Shown in pieces: positions 48,231-57,453 of a DNA stretch of 64,000 nt. Below the pieces are notes generated by a model. It saw only the letters and a list, made by a program, of their open reading frames with translations, made no database searches and was not told the origin of the DNA. The translations under genes were made by a program, and so were the position numbers. Positions within the stretch are counted from its first letter, which is position 1, and each line of letters begins with the position of its first letter. Source of the stretch: a virus; IMG/VR virus record IMGVR_UViG_3300005265_000001, positions 32,001 through 96,000 of that record; one strand, written 5' to 3'.

Positions 48231-49532
48231 ATGGGTTTTGTTACAATAAATGAAGGCATAAATAAATCAATCGGAACAAATTCTAAAGATTTATTATATA
48301 TTCAAAGATTTATAAGAGATACCTATAAACCAACTTTAGAAAATATGTTAGATTCAACTAACTTAAATGGGGCTGAATCTTTTGTAATGAATTGTTCTGA
48401 ATATGATATGGTGTTTTTTAAAGTTTTGTTTAGTGTTTCAAATGCAAGCGCAAAATTTAGAATTAAATTGTATGATTTAAATGATGTTTATATTTATAGT
48501 GAACAATATACAATAAGTTCAACTGGAATTTTAGAAGATAGTTTATATGTGGGTGAATTATTAGTGGCTGATGTTAGAGGGTTTAATAAAGTTGCTATTA
48601 GATTAGATTCTGATATTACAAATGGGGGAAATGTTAAAATTTTGGGGGGTGGAATGGGAAATGATGTAATTGTGGATAAGGGATATATAATTTATGGAAA
48701 AGATTCATCCGTTGGACTTAGGGATACAGATGAATATAATAATCAAACAGATTCATGGGCATCTAAAACAGATGGATTAAGTCCTGAACGGTGGTCGGTG
48801 GGATCTGTTAAGATTTTAAATAAAGGATATGGAAATTATGGAAGAGATTCATCTGTTGGACTTAGGGATACAGATGAATATAATAATCAAACAGATTCAT
48901 GGGCATCTAAAACAGATGGATTAAGTCCTGCCCGAATAATATTTCCTGCTAATACTATTTTAAATAAGGGATATATGTATGGTGGAAGCCCAATAGATTA
49001 TTCTACTTATTATAAAGATGTAGATGAGTATAATCCAGATACATGGGTTTCAAAAATGGATATGCTTTCTCCCGCAAAAAATGGAATATTTAGCACAACT
49101 ATAATGTTGCAAAATAAAGGGTATATTGCTTATGGAACGGCCAGTGGTATTGGGGGAGTTAAAACTAACTATGAATATAATCCCGATACATGGGTAATTA
49201 AATCTGAAGCTATATCTCCTATAAGAAGTTTATGCGCAACTAATTCTGTAATAAATAAAGGATATATTACGGGGGGATGGGATGATAATCAAAATTTATT
49301 ACAAGATACAGATGAATATAATAATCAAACAGATTCATGGGTTTCTAAAACAAATTCACTATCCCCACCCCGGCGAGATGCGGGTTTATTTCCCCTTTTA
49401 AATAAAATATATTTTGTTGTTGGGGGGGATGGCACAAATTATTATAAAGATATAGATGAGTATAATCCAGATACATGGGTTTCAAAAATGGATATTATCA
49501 GCCCCGCAAGATGGGTAATTGGAACAATATAA
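48231..49532 (+). CDS. Shared adaptor + Kelch protein with recently duplicated blades
   Basis: FVTINEGINKSIG..YIQR, LNGAES; Kelch repeats. Confidence 0.75.
   Translation: MGFVTINEGINKSIGTNSKDLLYIQRFIRDTYKPTLENMLDSTNLNGAESFVMNCSEYDMVFFKVLFSVSNASAKFRIKLYDLNDVYIYSEQYTISSTGILEDSLYVGELLVADVRGFNKVAIRLDSDITNGGNVKILGGGMGNDVIVDKGYIIYGKDSSVGLRDTDEYNNQTDSWASKTDGLSPERWSVGSVKILNKGYGNYGRDSSVGLRDTDEYNNQTDSWASKTDGLSPARIIFPANTILNKGYMYGGSPIDYSTYYKDVDEYNPDTWVSKMDMLSPAKNGIFSTTIMLQNKGYIAYGTASGIGGVKTNYEYNPDTWVIKSEAISPIRSLCATNSVINKGYITGGWDDNQNLLQDTDEYNNQTDSWVSKTNSLSPPRRDAGLFPLLNKIYFVVGGDGTNYYKDIDEYNPDTWVSKMDIISPARWVIGTI
48692..48930 (+). repeat. Near-identical ~95-bp direct repeat at 144-bp period (duplicated Kelch blade)
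   Basis: gttggacttagggatacagatgaatataataatcaaacagattcatgggcatctaaaacagatggattaagtcctg occurs twice. Confidence 0.9.
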
Positions 49533-50109
49533 AAATATTGGGGGTTTACAAGTGTATAAACTAAAAACAAATTATATTCAACCTATTTATGAAACAAATG
49601 AAGTAAAAGAATCAAACATTTTAAAGGTTAGATATCAATTAAATTTTTCACCTTGGGATGGACCGGCATGTTTTTTTCTTGGGGCGTTGGAACCAGAAGT
49701 TTTTAATTATTTGAAGGATAAAGATGTGGTTGATGCCGAAATTGTTGAAATTTATGGTGAATTTCCATATAGAATTGACAGTTATGAATTAAATCAAAAA
49801 CTTCCAATGAAAGAAGTTATACCTGAAATTGTATATAAACCCAATTGGAACGAAGATAATTTTTTTACACGGTTGGAAAAATCAATTAAAGAAGATGGAT
49901 TAAAACACCCAATTCCCGTTTGTATTTTTGATGAGGATTTTGTATGGTGTGGTAAGGAATATAAAAAAGATGTTCCTTATATGGGGAATATAGGAAATTC
50001 AAGATATGCGGTTTTTAAACACATGAGAAAACGAAAATTACCTGTAAATATATGGTATTTTTCCAAAACAAACAAAAGAGTTTTATTAGATTTAGCGAGG
50101 GTAGAATAA
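49519..50109 (+). CDS. ParB/Srx-like domain protein
   Basis: LEKSIKEDGLKHPIPV...GNSRY. Confidence 0.5.
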   Translation: MEQYKNIGGLQVYKLKTNYIQPIYETNEVKESNILKVRYQLNFSPWDGPACFFLGALEPEVFNYLKDKDVVDAEIVEIYGEFPYRIDSYELNQKLPMKEVIPEIVYKPNWNEDNFFTRLEKSIKEDGLKHPIPVCIFDEDFVWCGKEYKKDVPYMGNIGNSRYAVFKHMRKRKLPVNIWYFSKTNKRVLLDLARVE

Positions 50110-50573
50110 TGAAAAAAATAATTGTGTTTATATGTATGATTTTATTGGTTTTCACTTCAAATCTATATGGAAAACAAGATATTGATTATTTAATTACAAA
50201 CATAAACAAAAATACTGAAATAATTGCAAAAACCCATGACCCAAAATTATTATTACAAAATTATAACATGATTGCGGATGCCATTGCATTAGATTGTGAT
50301 ATGATTACAAAAAGTTGCACTTGCAATGATTGTATTAGGCAATGTCAAATGGCCGTTACAATAAATAAAGATTTAATAGATTCTATTGATAGGTTATTAG
50401 AAATTTTGGAAAATATAGATAAAACTGAATCACCTGAACTTGGATCATTATATTTGAAAATTCAGGATTCTAAAAAAATTATATTAGGATGCCGACGGAG
50501 GGGGATAGTAAAATTACTTTATCAACCCAAAATTCCACAATTTCATGATATAGAACCGGCAAGTGCCTATTAA
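50109..50573 (+). CDS. Secreted/membrane protein with Cys cluster
   Basis: Signal peptide MKKIIVFICMILLVF; CTCNDCIRQC. Confidence 0.55.
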   Translation: MKKIIVFICMILLVFTSNLYGKQDIDYLITNINKNTEIIAKTHDPKLLLQNYNMIADAIALDCDMITKSCTCNDCIRQCQMAVTINKDLIDSIDRLLEILENIDKTESPELGSLYLKIQDSKKIILGCRRRGIVKLLYQPKIPQFHDIEPASAY

Positions 50574-50609
50574 ATTATTAACAAAACGATTTTGGAAAGC
50601 AATTAAACA

Positions 50610-51881
50610 ATGTCATATATTACTATAAGAGAAGGAACCGATAAAAAAATAGCAACTTTGGAAATTACAGAAGGTTCAGATGTAATACATATCCAAAGAA
50701 TTGCTATTGATGTCTTTAATGTATATTTTGCAAATATTTTGGACCCAATTAAATTAAATGGGGCTGAATCCTTCAAAATATCTTGTGGTGATATTCCCTT
50801 TGTTAAAATAAAAGTTGGATTTGCGTCAAGTTCTGATTCTGATATTGATATTGGAGTTAAATTAGCTAATAATAATGGGGTTAGTATTGCAAAAAAAATA
50901 AATGTGAATAATACTGGTATTTTAGACCCAAACCATAATTATTATATTAGTGAAGAAGTTAGTATTGACACACTTGGATTTGATAATGTAGAAGTTATTT
51001 TATTAAGTTCTCCAACTGGTAATGTCAGAATGTGGGGGGGTGGGGAAAAAATAGATGTAACACGTGGATATGTTTTTGGTGGTGTTGATAATAATTGGGC
51101 GCAATATAATACAAATATTGAATATAGTCATGATTTGAATACATATACTTTTAAATTAAATATTCCGGTGGCGTGTGGTTATCATTCTTCTGCCAGTTAT
51201 TTGTTTAAAGGATATGTTTTGGGGGGTATTGGGTTAAATAAAAATTATGTATATGATAAAAAATCAGAAACATGGTTATCTATTGCAAATATACCCTCTC
51301 CTGATAAACGCTATTCTTGGGCAAATAATGTGGGGGGGAAATTATATTTATTATATGGAAAAGACGGTTCTAATAATTATTTAAAGTCTAATTATGAATA
51401 TAACACACAAAATGATACGTGGGTTATAAAAACAGAAGGGCCAAGCCCCGGAAGGGCTGGATTGGCGGGATTTGTTCTTAATTATTATAATTATGCTATT
51501 GGTGGTGGAACGTCTTCTGCTGTTTATGTTGATAATGATAGATATGATTATAAAACAAATTCTTGGGTATCAAAAACTAATTATCCAAGAGGAAGTTCTT
51601 CAAGATATTTTTCTGGTAGAACTATTATAAATAAAGGATATACCGTTGCTTATACAAATTATACGGATGAATATATAGATGATGTTTGGATAAATAAAAC
51701 TAATTTTCCCCCACCAAACAGGGGCCACCAAAAATCATTTTCAATAGGAAACAAGTTCTATCAAATTTATGGTGATGGGGTTAGGGATTGTGATGAATTT
51801 AATCCCCAAACTAATACATGGGCAAATAAAGCCGATGCTCCAAGCCCCGCTTTAAAAGATTCACAGGCAACACAAATTTAA
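50610..51881 (+). CDS. Shared adaptor + Kelch protein
   Basis: YITIREGTDKKIAT..HIQR, LNGAES; Kelch repeats. Confidence 0.75.
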   Translation: MSYITIREGTDKKIATLEITEGSDVIHIQRIAIDVFNVYFANILDPIKLNGAESFKISCGDIPFVKIKVGFASSSDSDIDIGVKLANNNGVSIAKKINVNNTGILDPNHNYYISEEVSIDTLGFDNVEVILLSSPTGNVRMWGGGEKIDVTRGYVFGGVDNNWAQYNTNIEYSHDLNTYTFKLNIPVACGYHSSASYLFKGYVLGGIGLNKNYVYDKKSETWLSIANIPSPDKRYSWANNVGGKLYLLYGKDGSNNYLKSNYEYNTQNDTWVIKTEGPSPGRAGLAGFVLNYYNYAIGGGTSSAVYVDNDRYDYKTNSWVSKTNYPRGSSSRYFSGRTIINKGYTVAYTNYTDEYIDDVWINKTNFPPPNRGHQKSFSIGNKFYQIYGDGVRDCDEFNPQTNTWANKADAPSPALKDSQATQI

Positions 51882-51944
51882 ACCATAGAAATTAAATTAT
51901 ATTATTTAACGTAACATATTTAACCATTTTGGAGGTAAATTAAA

Positions 51945-52220
51945 ATGGATGAAGAAATCAGAAAAATCCAAAAAAGAATCAATTTATTAAAAGAAGAACT
52001 TAAATTACTGAATGAACTTGTGGAATTAAGAGAAAAATTAGAGGAAATGAATAAACCAAAAGAATATATTCCGTATGTTCCTTATGTCCCATGCCCACAA
52101 CCATATCCATACGATCCTTGCAAACCTTATATTTGGTATTGGTATGAAAAAGATTCAAGTGGGTCAATTTCAATTGATTCAGTATCGGTTTCATCCGGTA
52201 ATTATAAATGTTCAATGTGA
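51945..52220 (+). CDS. Coiled-coil plus Pro/Tyr-rich small protein
   Basis: GGAGGT RBS; YIPYVPYVPCPQPYPYDP. Confidence 0.65.
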   Translation: MDEEIRKIQKRINLLKEELKLLNELVELREKLEEMNKPKEYIPYVPYVPCPQPYPYDPCKPYIWYWYEKDSSGSISIDSVSVSSGNYKCSM

Positions 52221-52260
52221 TAATAAATCTGTAAAATCTTAAAAATATAAGGGATTTAAA

Positions 52261-52431
52261 ATGATTATATTTACCGATGAGAATATTGTAGAACAAAACA
52301 TTGTAGATATCCAAAATAAAAACTATATAACAGAAGGCATTTCATTAGTTATAAAATGCAACAATAGTCTATTAGAAATCTTACTTGAAAAAAGTGAATT
52401 AGAAAAAGCAATTAAACTATTAAATCAATAA
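52261..52431 (+). CDS. Small 56-aa hypothetical protein
   Basis: Manual ORF MIIFTDENIVEQNIVDIQNK... filling the gap. Confidence 0.45.
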   Translation: MIIFTDENIVEQNIVDIQNKNYITEGISLVIKCNNSLLEILLEKSELEKAIKLLNQ

Positions 52432-52443
52432 AGGAGTAAACGT

Positions 52444-53115
52444 ATGCGTAAACTTTCTGAATTATTAAAAGATCACCAAATGTTTCATTCAAAATTTCAA
52501 CAGGATCATTTGATTACGAAAAGGGCGGGGGGAACACTTTATGGACAATACAAACAATCTTTAAGAGAACTTTATAAAAGAGTTAGAGGATTGGCCTCAG
52601 ATTGGTATCAAATGGAAAAATTAAAAAATAAAATCAAACAATTACAAGTCAAAGAAGAAAAATTAAATGTTCAAATACATGAATTAGAATATATTGAGCC
52701 ACACAATAAAACAAATCTAACCAACATTGAAATCAAAGAATTGAAAATAAAAAAAGAGAAAATTCAATTAGATTTGAAACATTCTATTATGTTACTCGAA
52801 AGTGCTGAACGGTCAACTAAAGAAACATTCAGGGAATTGAAACGATTTTATTCACAAGCCAATTATTTAAAAGATGAAATTGAAAAAAAATATGGGCCTT
52901 TGACAGATAAATTAAAAGAAAAACTTGATAGAGATATGTGGATGTATCGAATTAAAGAAATGTGTGCAATTGATTTAGTTTATAATGGTCGATTGTTAAA
53001 TACAACTTATGAATTTTTGATTGCTTTACCAGACGATATGAAACATGAAGTTTTTCAGATTTTAAAAGAAGGTAAAGTAATGATTGAGGATATAAAAAGA
53101 GATTTAATTGAATAA
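52444..53115 (+). CDS. Coiled-coil hypothetical protein
   Basis: AGGAG RBS; HSKFQ, YGQYKQSLREL. Confidence 0.65.
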   Translation: MRKLSELLKDHQMFHSKFQQDHLITKRAGGTLYGQYKQSLRELYKRVRGLASDWYQMEKLKNKIKQLQVKEEKLNVQIHELEYIEPHNKTNLTNIEIKELKIKKEKIQLDLKHSIMLLESAERSTKETFRELKRFYSQANYLKDEIEKKYGPLTDKLKEKLDRDMWMYRIKEMCAIDLVYNGRLLNTTYEFLIALPDDMKHEVFQILKEGKVMIEDIKRDLIE

Positions 53116-53116
53116 A

Positions 53117-53215
53117 TGTCATAGGGTGCATAAGATTCATACCTTTTTTTAAATTATATAAATCTATATTTAAAACTTTTTTAAAAAGGGTATGAATCCT
53201 ATGAAGGGTGTGACA
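53117..53215. repeat. About 100-bp imperfect inverted repeat, intergenic
   Basis: tgtca..cataagattcatacctttttttaaa versus tttaaaaagggtatgaatcctatg..tgaca. Confidence 0.75.
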
Positions 53216-53226
53216 CAAAATAAATC

Positions 53227-53237
53227 TTTATATTATT
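53227..53237 (+). promoter_or_regulatory. Candidate late-promoter motif
   Basis: TTTATATTATT about 30 nt upstream of 53267. Confidence 0.5.
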
Positions 53238-53266
53238 AAAAAAAGAGAAAGGGGGTGTTTTAGAGT

Positions 53267-53692
53267 ATGGCTACTGAACATTCAAATCATTACAAATATC
53301 AGTTGGCACAGGGAGCTATTGATTTAGACACAGATACTATTAAGTGCGCTTTGATGGCGAGCGGATTTGTCTTCGACAAAGATGCTCATGCTACATGGGC
53401 CGATGTATCTGCCAATGAACTATCTGCTGGAAACGGTTATACTTCTGGGGGAGCTACACTTTCGGGTGCAAGTATGACAGAAGATGACACAAATGATCGA
53501 ATGGAAGTTACCTATGATGATGTTTCTTGGACAGCAAGTGGTGGAAGTATTGGTCCCACACCTGGGGCAATTCTTTACGATACCACAACATCCGATAGCA
53601 CCGTCATTGGATATCTTGACTTTGGTTCCGATCAAACAGCGGCAGATGGAGCTAATTTTGTCATTAAAAACATTACAATCCGAATTAGTTAA
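53267..53692 (+). CDS. Small virion structural protein, single-domain member of the 27306/30594 family
   Basis: DTIKCALM...WADVSANEL.AGNGYTSGG...WTASGGSIGPTPGA...IGYLDFG. Confidence 0.7.
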   Translation: MATEHSNHYKYQLAQGAIDLDTDTIKCALMASGFVFDKDAHATWADVSANELSAGNGYTSGGATLSGASMTEDDTNDRMEVTYDDVSWTASGGSIGPTPGAILYDTTTSDSTVIGYLDFGSDQTAADGANFVIKNITIRIS

Positions 53693-53702
53693 TGTTTGAA
53701 AA

Positions 53703-53740
53703 ATTAGTTGTTCTTCCGGTGAAAAGCCGGAAGACACTAA
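53703..53740 (+). terminator. Strong hairpin after 53267
   Basis: tcttccgg-tgaaaag-ccggaaga; no clear U-tract. Confidence 0.5.
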
Positions 53741-53834
53741 TCCACAATAACCTTAATAACCATTTATATTATTATGCAAAATGAAAAAAATCTTAAAAAT
53801 TTTAGGTTTTTTAAAAAAAAAGGAGGATGTTATC

Positions 53835-54023
53835 ATGAAATGGGAAACAGTCGTTGAATGGTTAGGAAAAATCTTGGGTATGGTATTGCCTGTTCTTACC
53901 CCCTCAATCAAAGATGAATTATTTTCATTTTTGAAGAAACTTCACGAAAAAGCAGTTGAAACAGACAATCCAATTGATGATTTTCTGACACAGTTTTTAC
54001 TTGATATTTTTGGAGTTGAATAA
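53835..54023 (+). CDS. Small amphipathic protein
   Basis: AGGAGG RBS before ATG 53835 (track start 53781). Confidence 0.55.
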   Translation: MKWETVVEWLGKILGMVLPVLTPSIKDELFSFLKKLHEKAVETDNPIDDFLTQFLLDIFGVE

Positions 54024-54058
54024 AATTGAATTGGGGGATTTTCCCCCAACTTAATTTT
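54024..54058 (+). terminator. Hairpin terminator
   Basis: ttggggga-ttt-tcccccaa followed by ttaatttt. Confidence 0.55.
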
Positions 54059-54074
54059 CGGAGAATTTTTAATT

Positions 54075-54395
54075 ATGCCGGATGCCGTAAATACTCAAAA
54101 TTTTGAAAAATATAGTGAATCAATTCTCGATTATTCCTTTGATTGGAGTGATTGGTTGGATTATGATACTCATGAAATAATTCAAACTTATGATTTTGAA
54201 ATAGTTGGACCTGATACAAATTTAACAGAAGTTAATAGGGATATTTCAAGTGATAGAAAAATGATTACAATTTGGGTTACAGGTGGAACACCAAAGGCAC
54301 GGTATAAAATAATTGGTAAAATTACAACAAATTCAACCCCAATAAATAGACATGATATAAGGTTTATTCGTCTTTTAATACTACCAGAAGATTAG
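54075..54395 (+). CDS. Small phage structural/adaptor protein
   Basis: LDYSFDWSDWL...IWVTGGT...Y.I...ITT motif seen in phage tail-region proteins. Confidence 0.5.
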   Translation: MPDAVNTQNFEKYSESILDYSFDWSDWLDYDTHEIIQTYDFEIVGPDTNLTEVNRDISSDRKMITIWVTGGTPKARYKIIGKITTNSTPINRHDIRFIRLLILPED

Positions 54396-54399
54396 TAAA

Positions 54400-54960
54400 A
54401 TGAAAAAGAAGATAATCGTTTTTGGCGGTCATACAACCAAAAAACCCGGTTGTTTCAGAAATGGGATAAGTGAAGTTGCCTATAATTGGCAAATGGCAAA
54501 ATTGGTTGTAAATGGTGTTGATAGTGAAGATGTTATTTTAGGTCCTGAAATTGATTTACACGAAAGAATTAAATGGATAAATGAGAACTATCCAAAAGCT
54601 AAATTAGTAATGGAAATTCATTTAAATTGTTCTGAAAATGAAAAAGCGCACGGAACAGAAGTTTTATACAATGCTATTTGGAATTTAAAATCCCGTAAAT
54701 ATGCGAAATTATTTTTAAAAAACATTTGTATCAAATTATGGGGGACAAAAAAATCTGATAATTGCAGAGGAACTAAAACATGTCGGACATTAAAAAGAAC
54801 ACTTTCATTTTTAAAACACACAAAGCCTCCGGCAATTATTACTGAAAGTTTATTTATTTCAAATAATAAAGACAGTTATTATTTGGTAAAAGGTCTTGGA
54901 TTTGAAAATATAGTTGAAGCGCATATTGATACAATTAAACAAATTTTGGATGGTGAATAA
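54400..54960 (+). CDS. N-acetylmuramoyl-L-alanine amidase (Amidase_3), putative endolysin
   Basis: GGH...E...EIHLN...GTEV...PAIITESLFISN. Confidence 0.85.
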   Translation: MKKKIIVFGGHTTKKPGCFRNGISEVAYNWQMAKLVVNGVDSEDVILGPEIDLHERIKWINENYPKAKLVMEIHLNCSENEKAHGTEVLYNAIWNLKSRKYAKLFLKNICIKLWGTKKSDNCRGTKTCRTLKRTLSFLKHTKPPAIITESLFISNNKDSYYLVKGLGFENIVEAHIDTIKQILDGE

Positions 54961-54962
54961 AA

Positions 54963-55757
54963 GTGAAATACACTTTTTATGAAACAGTTGGAGATGTTTA
55001 TGGAAATGCGGTATCAAATGCAGATGTGTATGTGTATTTATCGGGAACTACAACAGCGGCAAAGGTTTATATAGATGGATCAGCGGTGACAACAGCACCG
55101 CAAACTTCAACAGATAGTTTTGGATTTTATACTTTTCAAGTTGATGATGATGATTATAGTTATACCCAAACTTTTGATATCAAGGTTGCTAAGAGTGGGT
55201 ATGTAGATAAATGGATAAAAAATATCAATATAATTGAAGGTGGTAAATTTGTTAGATTGGATGGAAATTCTTTACCAGAGGCCGATAACACCTATGATGT
55301 GGGGGATTCAACACATCGTTTCAAGAATATTTATGCGGTTAATTTCAACGGAACGGCGTCAAGTGCTACTTATGCTGATATTGCGGAAAAATATACAATT
55401 GAAGATATTGAAAATGTGAAGGTCGGAGATGTAATTATTATTTCAGATAAAGATGAATTTGATGGAAAAGTTTCAGATGAAATTGCTTCAAATAAAGTAA
55501 TTGGTGTTGTTAGTGAAAATCCGGCATTTAAAATGAACTCGAATTTGGAAAATGGAAAATATATTGCTTTGCGTGGTAGGGTAAAATGTCGAATCTTTGG
55601 TGTTGTATCAAAGGGTGAAGAACTTGTATCTTATGTTAATGGTTGCGCTATTGGTATAAATAATGTTAAAAATTTCCTGGAATCCTATCAACCAGTGGGA
55701 AAATCATTGGAAAATAAGCGGACTTCCGAAGTTGGATTGATTGAAATAATTGTGTAA
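54963..55757 (+). CDS. Tail fibre/spike protein with C-terminal intramolecular chaperone-like domain
   Basis: YADIAEKY, VIGVVSENPAF, IALRGRVKC, KGEELV. Confidence 0.6.
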   Translation: MKYTFYETVGDVYGNAVSNADVYVYLSGTTTAAKVYIDGSAVTTAPQTSTDSFGFYTFQVDDDDYSYTQTFDIKVAKSGYVDKWIKNINIIEGGKFVRLDGNSLPEADNTYDVGDSTHRFKNIYAVNFNGTASSATYADIAEKYTIEDIENVKVGDVIIISDKDEFDGKVSDEIASNKVIGVVSENPAFKMNSNLENGKYIALRGRVKCRIFGVVSKGEELVSYVNGCAIGINNVKNFLESYQPVGKSLENKRTSEVGLIEIIV

Positions 55758-55780
55758 CATTTAAACACAATGAGGAAAAT

Positions 55781-56254
55781 ATGAATAAATCAATTGATGA
55801 ATTAATTCTTTTAATAACTACAAGTCGATATTTATCACGAAAACATTATGAGCGTTTTTTGGAAATGTTTGAAGATATCAAAAATGATAATGTTCAAACA
55901 AAATACAAAGACTTGATTATAGATTGTTATGAAAAAGACAGGGAAATGGTATCACTTTTAGTCAATATGGAGAGATATTTTGCTCAAAATATTGAGTATT
56001 ATGAAAATGATGGAAAGATTGGAATAAAAGATTTGATTGGATATAGAAATGTTATAGATAGAAAGGTGGGGGATGAGCTTTTTGAAAAATATAAAGACAC
56101 AGAGGAAATAAAAGAAATCGTAAAGGGGTTTAAGAATCCTTTTTATACTATGAAAGCCATTTTTCTTGTATTTTTGGCTTTTCAAAATTCCGGTTCACCA
56201 TATTCCAAAGGTGACAAATTTGAACTTACAAAATTATTTAGTGAAGATGAATGA
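55781..56254 (+). CDS. Hypothetical protein coupled to the radical SAM operon
   Basis: ATGA overlap with 56251. Confidence 0.65.
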   Translation: MNKSIDELILLITTSRYLSRKHYERFLEMFEDIKNDNVQTKYKDLIIDCYEKDREMVSLLVNMERYFAQNIEYYENDGKIGIKDLIGYRNVIDRKVGDELFEKYKDTEEIKEIVKGFKNPFYTMKAIFLVFLAFQNSGSPYSKGDKFELTKLFSEDE

Positions 56255-57453
56255 AACGAGATTTTTTTCAGAAAAAAGTATTAAATCGTATTCACTCGAT
56301 AGAGCTTGTAATAAGCGAAAAGTGTCAAAATGCTTGCACTTATTGTTACAGAAATCGGTTGCATAAAAAATCAAACATAATAACAGTAAATCCCAAAACA
56401 ATTGAAATTTTTATTAAAAATCTATATGAATTATTTCCCGAATTAACAAAAATCGAAAGATTTGAACTATTTGGGGGAGAACCTTTTTTAGATTACAGCC
56501 ATATATTTTCAATCTTTGAAATACTTAATAAATTTGATAATATTAAGAAAGTTGTAGTGCCCACCAATGGTAGATTACTACTATCTTTGAATAAAATTGA
56601 TAGAGAAAAATTATTAAATTCTTGGAATTTTGAGGTTGGAATATCAATGTCTATTGATGGAATAAACGGGCAAAGAAATTTATCAAATTTTGGTAGAATG
56701 TTGGGATATGAGGAAATTGAAGAGAATGATGAATTTTTTAAGAATTTGAGAGATTTACAAAAAGAAATTGGTTTTGGCGTTCATCCAATGCTATATTTCG
56801 GAAATAATCAAAATTGGGTAGAGCAAGTTAAAAAATGGGTGGAACATGGATTTATACCATATTTATTAGAAATTAGACATCCTCTAAGCAATGATGAAAT
56901 ACTTGATTCAGTGAAAAATCTTGTATTTGTGGCTAATTACATTTTTAAAAATGTTGATAAAAAACATCATAAAAGATTCAATACAATTTTCCCCATAAAA
57001 GTTCCAAGGGGGCTTGGTTGTTCAGCGTTGACAACTATCACTATTATGCCCAATGGGGATATTCCCTTTTGCCATAGAGTTATAGAACCGCCTTATGTAA
57101 TGGGGAATGTTTTGACAAAACAAATTGATTACTCTAAATTTGTAAATTATAAAACATTCGATCACCGAAACAATCCTGAATGTGTGGGTTGCCCTATTAG
57201 AAAAATATGTTCAGGGCAATGTCTTGGGGCGGCGTATGAATATTATAGAGGCTATCCTTGGTTGAATATTCCTTCAATTTGTCAATATAATTTATTGAAA
57301 TATTATGTTTTTTCAGAATTTTTTGAAATATGGAACAATTTTTTAATTGAAAATAGAGTAAATAAAAAAGATATATTGAAAGCATTGAAACGCAATAATA
57401 CAATAAAAGAAAAAATGGGAAAAATGATGAAGGAAATAAAATGTGGGATTTAA
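56251..57453 (+). CDS. Radical SAM/SPASM maturase 1
   Basis: CQNACTYC, FGGEP, SIDG; SPASM cysteines C..PNGDIPFC..GNV..CVGC....CSGQC...C. Confidence 0.92.
   Translation: MKRDFFQKKVLNRIHSIELVISEKCQNACTYCYRNRLHKKSNIITVNPKTIEIFIKNLYELFPELTKIERFELFGGEPFLDYSHIFSIFEILNKFDNIKKVVVPTNGRLLLSLNKIDREKLLNSWNFEVGISMSIDGINGQRNLSNFGRMLGYEEIEENDEFFKNLRDLQKEIGFGVHPMLYFGNNQNWVEQVKKWVEHGFIPYLLEIRHPLSNDEILDSVKNLVFVANYIFKNVDKKHHKRFNTIFPIKVPRGLGCSALTTITIMPNGDIPFCHRVIEPPYVMGNVLTKQIDYSKFVNYKTFDHRNNPECVGCPIRKICSGQCLGAAYEYYRGYPWLNIPSICQYNLLKYYVFSEFFEIWNNFLIENRVNKKDILKALKRNNTIKEKMGKMMKEIKCGI

Noticed and set aside
48692-49500. Diversity-generating retroelement TR/VR pair
   Set aside because: No reverse transcriptase in the window; both copies are in-frame Kelch blades, and the differences are not restricted to adenines
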